Below the pieces are notes generated by a model that did no database searches, was not told the origin of the DNA, and was given only the letters and a program-made list of their open reading frames with translations. This document shows positions 55,368-64,000 of a DNA stretch of 64,000 nt, one piece after another. The DNA is from Proteromonas lacertae. Taxonomy: Eukaryota. The position numbers and the translations under genes are program-made. Every line of letters starts with the position of its first letter. Within the stretch, counting starts at the first letter, position 1. The stretch lies in contig NGBS01000608.1 in NCBI GenBank assembly GCA_002245135.1, forward strand, positions 1-64,000, written 5' to 3'.

Positions 55368-56790
55368 ATGAATGACAGCTATATGAGAAGTCCAATGCAA
55401 GGGAATTATGCAGAATCTGAAGTAGATCAAATAAAAGTATTGAATGTTTGTTTCATATGTTATTTAGGGAAGTATTGAGAGATTGAAATGGCAAAGAGCA
55501 CAAGTTGAAAAACTCAGATTAGAGGTTGAAGCAAAAGACAACACAATTGACCAGTTAAATCAACAAATTATGAATCTTACAGAACAAAACAGTGTGTTAA
55601 GACAAGACTCTGAAGAATTAGAAAGGATGAAAATGGATGTAAAGAGGATTAAAGACACAGTCAATTCATTGGAAGAAGAAAAAATAAAGACTTTAACACA
55701 AATGGCAGAAATGGAGAGTGTAATAGAACATTCAAAGAATGATATGCAAAAGTATGAGAATTTAGTAGCAAATCAAAAATGTGAATATGAAAATCTCCAG
55801 TCAAATGCTAAGAATCAGATTAATGAGTTAAAGAATCAACTAGAATCTCAATCAAAACAAAATAACCAATTAAATATGGAGTTAATAAACACCAGAAATC
55901 AATTAATGGAATATAAGAAAGAATACGAAAACATTGCAAATGAAAAAGAAAATTTAAAGAATATGTTGAAAAGCGTTAATAATGATAAAGAAGTATTGAA
56001 TAACAAAGTGATAGAAGTAACGAATCAATATTCAAAAACAAGTGACAATTTAGAATCAATAAAATATGACAATAATCAATTACAGAATGAATTGGAAGTT
56101 ATTAAAAATGAAAGAAATAGTTTGAAAAAATTGGTGAATGAGCAAGACAATAAAAACAATGAATTAACAGAGATTGTAAATAAATTAAAAATTATGAATA
56201 ATAACTATGAAATGAAAATTAATGAATATGAAAAAAATATTAAAAATTTGCAGAATATGTCAAAATTTGAGAATGAAAAAATGATTAAAAAATATAATGA
56301 AATGAGCGAAGTAAATGAGAATGAAATAAACAAATTAAAAAATGAAATAACTTCATTAAAAAATAGTGTATATGAATCTGAGAGAGAAAAGAGTAATATA
56401 TTGATGAAATATGAAGAATTAAAGAAAGAAAATGAAATGTTAAATAACAATAACATGTTTTTAAATGAGAAAAATGACACGAATGAAAAATTATTAAAAG
56501 ATAATAAAAAAGCTATTAATGATTATGAAACAAAATATAATGACTTGAAGATGAAATATGAATACGAAAAGAATGAATATGAGAAATGGTTAACTGTGAG
56601 AAAGGAATTATTAGATGAATTCGTAAAAGAAGAAAGTAAATTGAATGTAATAATTAGTTCACCTCCAAGATCCAATAAAATGATGATTAGTAATACCAGT
56701 AACAACAACAACAATATGAATAATTCTTATACAAGTCCAAACAAATTCGTAAATAGTTTTACTAAGACTCCTTTTAAAGATAATTATTAA
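55368..56790 (+). CDS. Long coiled-coil protein
   Basis: Heptad-rich E/K/N/L sequence; one intron near 55437-55467. Confidence 0.8.
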
Positions 56791-56873
56791 TTTTATTATT
56801 TTCTATATATTCTAAAAAATATTTAATGTATATATAATATATTATTAATTAATAAAAATAATTACTCTACTAA

Positions 56874-57618
56874 TTATTCGTTTCGTACCATAGCCATTAT
56901 TACAGCTAGATCATTATTACCACTAACAAAATAGCATATCTTATCATCATCTTTCATTTCTCTTCCATTAATAAATAATCTCATTTTATCTTTACTAAAT
57001 TCAACTTTATTTTCCTTAGCTTTACCTTCTATTGATTCTTTTAGTTCAGATACTTTATTAGATATTTCCATTTGTACTTTTAACTCTAAATCTCTACCTA
57101 AATTACATAAACGAATTCTAATTTCTTTTTCTCCTGTTATATCTTTCTTTTCTTCGGTATTTGCACCGTCAGGATTTAGACCACCTGAAGTAATATTGGA
57201 AGGGAATGAAAAACAATATAAAGGTACTTCGTATTTATTACCTAGCTGATCATAGCATAACGCTAAGCTTCCTTTAGGTGTAGTAATAGCTGAAGCTTCC
57301 AAAATTGCATTAGCTGTTGCCATATCACCTATTTAGTGTTAATCGAATGTTTAGTGAGAAATAAATAGTTTATACTTTCTATTAAAGCTTCACTACATGC
57401 TTTAAGTGTGTTCCAAACAATTTCAACACCTTCTGTTCTACTTGCCCAGAATTCCTAAAATTTAGTGTTTTCAAAAATAATACTTTTCTCATATTTAATA
57501 TTTCTTCTACTGTAAGAGGTTTACTTGAACGCCAAGCCTCAATTTTATTAATAGGAACGCTTTTACGTTCTACATCATAACCATTTGTTTCTTGTTCCCT
57601 AGAACCGTTACAACCCAT
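56874..57618 (-). CDS. UBTD: Ubiquitin domain-containing protein (UBTD1/2, DC-UbP-like)
   Basis: MGC N-terminus, RK|EFWASR.EG..IVW.TLK, GSL..CYDQLGNKYEVPLYC..P, C-terminal Ubl. Confidence 0.88.
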
Positions 57619-57931
57619 TTATATTTTTTATCTAAAAGACAGAATAAAAACTATATAGAATAAAAAAGAAAATGGTTTTCTTCAGATGTTCAGTTTATTT
57701 CAGTTTTGTTTTTGAATGTGTTTTTTAAGTGATCTAACCAAAGGATTGAGGAAAGGAACAACTTTATTGAAATTACCATATACTCATTTATTATAACGCC
57801 ATGATTTCATCGAAGAAACAAATAATTTTAGATTATTTGATATTACAACCTTTTCAAAAACAGAAATAATTCAAATTTTAGGAATAAATCATGGTATGAA
57901 GATACAAAAAATATTGAAATTTCTATATTAT

Positions 57932-58549
57932 TTATACTGGATCACCTTCATCTTTCTTTGACACTCCACTAAATTGTTCTACACACTGAGAAATGAATGG
58001 AATTGCACAGATTATATTCAGACCAGGTAACTATGATATGATTATACCGAATATTTATACTTGTTTTAAATATGGAACGATATTTGCAAAGACTGAACCA
58101 AATAGTTTTGCTCCTCCTTATATATTATTAAAGACGTAATGTATGTTATTAATATAATACATAAAAAAAAGATATATATACTTCAACAGCAAAACCAATA
58201 AATGTATATCTGAAGAAAAAAATAAGTACTACTCCAATGAAAAATAGTAAAACTGGTACTCTTTTCTAGTATTATTTACATAATATTGGATGATAAATAC
58301 TGTGGGATGTCGTATTGGGTTGAAAAATTGAAGAGTTGTTTGAAAACCAATCAAAAATGGAAAACCTCTATATACATAAAATGCACATAAATAAATGATA
58401 TACCCTAAAAATAATAAATTGCCTAAAGCCATTAAACCTCTATCAAAAATCATAACTACTCCAATAAAAAAGAAGAATGATCCTAGAGATATCATCATAA
58501 TTCCAATGGTTCTATTATCAGACAATTGCAATGACTGTAACAGTGACAT
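57932..58549 (-). CDS. GOT1: Got1/GOLT1 vesicle transport protein
   Basis: LSDNRTIG...FFFIGVVMIFDRGLMALGNLLFL; GFAVEVYGG..LFG; 4 introns. Confidence 0.9.
58118..58175 (-). other. U12-type AT-AA intron (58 nt)
   Basis: 5' ATATCTTTT, branch GTCTTTAAT. Restores EVY|GGAKLFG. The GT-AG option shifts the frame into a stop. Confidence 0.8.
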
Positions 58550-58573
58550 TTTTAAAAGAATAAAAATTTGAAA

Positions 58574-58603
58574 TCAAGCTTTATCAAGCTTTTTCACTCA
58601 AGC
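58574..58603. promoter_or_regulatory. Three TCAAGC motifs in the ~93 bp divergent Got1/EF-hand promoter
   Basis: Copies at 58574, 58584 and 58598; the same motif precedes many other start codons. Confidence 0.55.
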
Positions 58604-58642
58604 CAAGTTTAGATTGAATAACGATAATACGATTATTGAGTG

Positions 58643-60640
58643 ATGCAGACTCCAGCTTTGCATAAGAAAGAAAGAACCATGACAGGTAAGACGAATAGAT
58701 CTACCTTGTCAACTCCTGAACTTCCTTTAGTAAATCATAGTAAAAATAGTTCAAAAAGATCAACATCAAGATTATCATCGAGGCATTCTAAATCATCTAC
58801 AGGATTAAGAAGTGTTACACCCTTATCTCCAATAAATTCAAGACCTCATTCTGAACAACAGTCAGATGAAGTAGTAGAAGATCCACTATTCATGACCACA
58901 TCAATTATCAATAGAAAAAGAGAAACAACTCTTGAAAGACTCAATACATCTTTAATTTCTCGATCAATGACGAAATATAAGAATTTTCACGATAATTTTA
59001 GAGATTTAGATAAGAACCATGATGGAAAATTACAATTTGATGAATTCCTCAATATGGTAGTTTCAAACGGATTAGATACAGAAGAACATGCAAAAGTACT
59101 ATTCGATCAATTCAAAGATTCAACAGGTAATATGCCCTACAAAAATTTCTTAAAATTATTACAGTCTGATCAAGGTGGATTAAATCGAGTTGAATATATC
59201 CCACCAGTAATCAAGCCAGTAAAGTTAAGAGATAATCCAGATGAAGATAAGCAGGCACATAAACGTGTGGATCAGATAAAAGATGATTTATTGTATTATT
59301 TGCAACAGAAAATGAAAATTCATTATGATAAGAAGAATGTATATTTTATTTTTATTTTTATTTTGTAAATAGAATAGTACGGTGTTATATAAAGCATTTA
59401 AATCAATGGATCGAGATCATGTATATATTTATTTATTTATTTATTTAGAATGGATATTTGACATATGATGTATTAAAAAGGAATCTTGGACCATTTGTCA
59501 TTAATAAACAATTAAAAGATGAAGAGATTGAAGATTTATGTAGAGTAATAGATCATAATCATAATGGAATTATTAGCTACTGTGAATGGATGAGTGAAAT
59601 GGCAGAAGTGGATTATGAACCAGGTTATGATATGCTTGGACCAGTATATGATGAAATATTTCATCTTTTTTTATTATCTTTTTTTTTTTAATCTTTAATT
59701 TAATCTTATTATTATTATTATTATTTGTATAGGCTAGAGAAAGATCTGTAGCTGCTCTTTACAAACCATTACCAGAAGTATATGATCCAACCAATGATCC
59801 AATAGCAGAACCATATCCTATTAATGGTTATAACTCTATTAATGTCGATGATATCAATAGAACATTGAGTATATGTGAAAATACAAGTTATGATTTAAGA
59901 AGTATAATATATATATATATATATATTTGTATTATATTATTATAAAATAGAAACAAAGAGATATTCACCACCAGTAAAGAATCCATTTTATGATACTTCC
60001 AATATGAATTTGAAACGTGAGACTTTAAGATTGAGTAAAAGTGATAAATGCTATTTCCCTGACTTTCATAATAGTTATGATCATGAAGAATTATATAATA
60101 CATTGTATGAAACAAGCAAAGGAGAAGTATTAATTATTATAATCATTATTTTTCATTATTATTTATTATTTATAGATGAAAACTAGACATGGTGCAACAC
60201 CTGCTCCACCTGATACTTACTACGATCTATCATTAGGTAAATTCATTGAACCATCACCACTTGAAATTGAACCAGAAAAGCAATTTATTACAACCTATAT
60301 GGAGAACTACAACAATGTAAGAAAGATTCCACTAACAATTCAACGAAAATTAGAAAGTGATAAAAAATGGAAGATTAAAAATGCTTTAAGTATTAAATAT
60401 AAGAAGGATTTAACTAAGCATATTGTTGAAGACCAATATAAAAAGGATGTTTATGATTCTGGACATGTTTGGGTCAAATCTAAACAAAAGGCGAAATATT
60501 TTGCACAAGTGTATGAGAAAGCTGATAGAGAGAATGAATATGCCAAACCATCCGAGCATGAATTGAAATGTCAATTAAGGACATTTAGTTGTAGTCCTGA
60601 AAATATGTTTTATAAAAGTTATGAATCTCCTGCAAAGTAA
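58643..60640 (+). CDS. EF-hand calcium-binding protein
   Basis: DKNHDGKLQFDEF, DRDH|NGYL, DHNHNGIISYCEW. Confidence 0.8.
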
Positions 60641-61059
60641 TATAAATATAAATTAATTTCATTACTTTTTTGTGTATATTTTTCACAAATAACATAAGAT
60701 GAATTGTAAGGATTAATAATGCATTTCATAGAGTAATAGTGTAACAAAACAAAATACCATTTTTTAAAAATCTTTTAAAATATATTCTATTTCCTACAAC
60801 AGAATTACAGTTAAGTCGAAATAATGAATGTTATATGTATCTTTTTTTCACATTTAATTGTAAAATATGCTATTAATTATTGTCTTATATAAATAATAAC
60901 TGTAGTGATATATTTTTTATTTTATCTCTAACATTTTCTTTACATAACATTATTTTTCACAAGAATGTAAATCATATTAATTGTATTTACACCTTTTAAA
61001 ATTTGATGATGAATAAAACGGATAGTTTATTGATTCGTTTCACTTTAGTTGTTTTTATT

Positions 61060-62414
61060 ATGAATTCGCCTAGCGAGGCTCCGTTAAGCAAAGATGAAGA
61101 AATTGAGGAAGTATTATAATATGTAATATTCATAGATATCGAGATTAAACAATGCATTTACTAAATCTAAGAAAAGACAAATCAATGAATTATTATACCC
61201 TATTGATGATGAAACGCTTTATTTAGCTTCGCTTTTTTATTGTATACCCTTATAAATATGCTGTTAGTAAATAATTATGAAATTAGTGAGTGGGAAGAGA
61301 CATACCTTCGTTTGTGGATTAAAAATCCTGAACACTCGTATATTTTGACCTCCACATTTTTTCGATTCTTGAATATCTCACCAACAGATTTATTAATCCA
61401 ATTTTTCTCATATACAAGTATATTTAATAAATATTTCTAATAACGTATATAGATTTTCGTCTAACAATCAATAATTATCTTCAATTTGTAATTTTATTAA
61501 GTTTTGTCTCAATTGAAGAATTATTACCTTGTTTTTTCTCTATTAGTGGTATTTATAGTAAACTATCCGTTACATCAGATCAAATACACATTTTTTTACG
61601 GAATTTGAATAGTTTAGATGGTTTTGGTAGTAAAATGAGAGAATTTATCAAAGGATCTAATAAAACAGTCGAAGGAAGAATTCCTATAAAAGACTTCAAG
61701 AATTTCCTCATATCCAACATAAATATATTTAATAATGTCCTTCTTTGTCGAGATTCAATAATTGAAAACGTAATTACCAAAAGTGAATTTAAAAATATAG
61801 AAAGACGAAATACTTACTATAACAGTCGATATAATGGAGAAGGAGATGGATTAATTACAGAAATTCCAAATGAAAGTTGTTTTAATAAATTCTATAGAAT
61901 TTTATTTCTCAAAGAACCATCTCCTTATCACTACGATTATAACTTTGTAATAAATTATGAAAGAATGAAAGATAATGAAAATGATAAAGAAAAGAAAAAA
62001 GATAAAAATATAATCCTTCTAGAACAATATATTCATAGAATAATGATGAGATATCATAAAAATTTGAGAAATGGAAGTTATTGTCAAAGTTCAAAATACA
62101 GTAATCGAAGTATGCTACGTAATTCATCAGCTCAAATTCGTCGAACTAGTGGTTTGAATAGTAATTACAATTTGAATGGAAATACTAATTTATTAAAAGG
62201 TTCAAAGAAGTTGAGAATGTCAACAACTCCATTAGTTAAATATGGAGACAACAACAACAATAATAATAATAATAATGAAAATGACAATGAGGAAGATAAT
62301 TTGAATAATAATGTAAATAACAGTAATGATCATAGTAATAGTAATCACAGTAATAAGAAAAAGAGTGTAAAACAAGGCTTGACTGTGCTTGAAGGAGATG
62401 AACAAGTTATTTGA
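61060..62414 (+). CDS. Hypothetical protein (4 introns), N-rich tail
   Basis: GT-AG splicing joins ORFs 61240 and 61605 into one frame. Confidence 0.6.
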
Positions 62415-62989
62415 TAGATATTTTGTTATTGGTGTTTTAGTAAATAGTGTTATGTAAATATTTATTAGATTTATGTTTTTTTGTTTTCATGTGTATTTAT
62501 TTGTTAAATAATACTCATATTTATGATAATCAACACCAGTTGTTAGTGTGCATACTTTTTTAACATTTGACTAGTTTATAAATGCTTACTACAATGTATA
62601 AACAAATCTTACAATTATAGAGCCTATTTTTATTGATAAATCTAAAGATGAAGGTGCATAGGGTATTAAAAATTATATTATGCTTATTTTATTTTTTATA
62701 TAACTAAATATAGTTTTATTACCTAAATATAAAAGATAGCAATTACAAAATCTAACTAATTCAAACTATAAAAAATATTTTTGGAAAGAGATGAAAATAT
62801 ACAAACATATGATCATGTGAATGACTGTGACAAGATGAAGCAACTTCATTATTGAATTTCTTCTAAAACAATAAGTATATATAAATAATTACAACTTCGT
62901 CTATTATCCTTCTAATAGCTCATTTATCTAATAATCAAATCAATCAATGATTTAAAGATTTTGAGTCGTTACACATCAACATAAATAAA

Positions 62990-64000
62990 ATGTCATTCTT
63001 CATGAAGCTTTTACTTTGCTGTCTGTTTGTTTTAACTGTTTATTCTTCTTGCCCTGGTGGCTGCAGTGGACACGGAACGTGTGGTGCTAATGGTGTATGT
63101 ACTTGCGCTTCAATCACTTCAACTGGTTGGGGATCAGCCTTAAATGCTGGTTATACTGGTGCAGATTGTTCATTAAGTATAATATAAATTATTTTCTATT
63201 TTTTAACTAGGAACTTGTCCTGTTGGTGCTTCTATTCAAACAATTCCTGTAGTCTTTAGAGGAACTGTTTATCCTCATCCAATTGATGGTCAAAGACGAT
63301 TAGATGAAGTAGCTTCAACAATTAGTCCAAACTTTCCAATTAAAAACACATATAAAGTAGAATCTGAAGATTTAAAAGGTTTGATGAATGTGGAAGGAGG
63401 TATTTTGAAATGTAGTAGATTAGATAATAGTGGTTATTTAGGAACAGCAAATGTTCTTGCCTTTGATGGTGAGAAGATAGCAATTATTCAATACAACTTC
63501 AACTTAACAAAAGCAGCACCAATACCATTGAATGATACAGAACCAGAAGAAGATGAATATGATTATAATGATTATATTGGAAATACCGTTTGTTCTATAT
63601 TTTCAACCAGAAATGATTTAAGTCAATATAAATCAATAAAAGGTGAAGGTAGTACTATTAATCCTTGGTTAAATTATGCCGAAATGTTGAACTTAATGAA
63701 ATGGTCAAATGAAGTATCAACAAGTGAAGAAGATTCAACAACTAGTGAAGAAAAAGAAGAAAAATTACAAGTTGCTTGTTATAAAACTAAACTAGCTGAT
63801 GATGATAAAGAAACAACAAGATCATATGTATTCTATGGTGATTTAACTGTAACAGTTGGAGTTACTGATGTAGAGTTCAAAATAGAAGGTGTAACTCTAG
63901 ATAATTATACAGTATGTTATATTTTAGCTAAAGGAAATGGTGATGTAATTAGTATTGAAGAATCAGATTTATCAAAGAAATTAAAGAAAGAAGGTGATAA
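62990..64000 (+). CDS. Secreted EGF-like Cys-repeat protein, mastigoneme/Sig1-type N-terminus; partial
   Basis: Signal peptide; CPGGCSGHGTCG...CTC...YTGADCSL|RTCPVG; open to the window end. Confidence 0.75.

Noticed and set aside
1..64000. Stop codons created by polyadenylation, or an alternative genetic code
   Set aside because: Every gene whose end I traced has a genomic stop, and TAA/TAG/TGA all act as stops. In-frame interruptions are explained by introns or indels.
1..64000. CRISPR arrays, rRNA, tRNA, transposase or RT genes
   Set aside because: None recognisable by eye; small ncRNAs cannot be excluded without a covariance-model search.

Overview
Very AT-rich, gene-dense eukaryotic DNA using the standard code, with many ~25-40 nt GT-AG introns (mostly GTAT...TAG). 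This architecture, GT-rich TGTTTGTT-like 3' motifs and an EGF/mastigoneme-type gene suggest an anaerobic stramenopile of the Blastocystis/Proteromonas group (inference). Most ORF-track entries are exon fragments; splicing by hand gives about 26 genes. Main accessory features: (1) 1-9.8 kb, a giant signal-peptide protein with at least 9 tandem UrtA/AmiC-like solute-binding domains. (2) 17.5-34.5 kb, a six-gene cluster carrying ~19 copies of a divergent OGFr-N-like domain. Two of these genes are NEK-like kinase fusions with C-terminal TM tails, one ends in a CaaX box, and there is a ~560 bp near-identical inverted duplication. (3) 42.6-46.2 kb, one Crinkler/RHS-type gene (NTPase-REase-SAP-SAP-NTPase-REase) inside an MFS tandem array, between direct repeats. 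(4) Four apparent U12-type introns (2 AT-AC, 2 AT-AA, 57-60 nt), one in the bacterial-like binding-protein gene. (5) A recurrent TCAAGC motif upstream of start codons. (6) An MPN-like/Hsp70-NBD-like fusion and two bacterial-like cation/H+ antiporters. Scattered 1-bp frameshifts, several in homopolymers, look like long-read assembly errors. All family calls are from motif recognition by eye; no searches were run.
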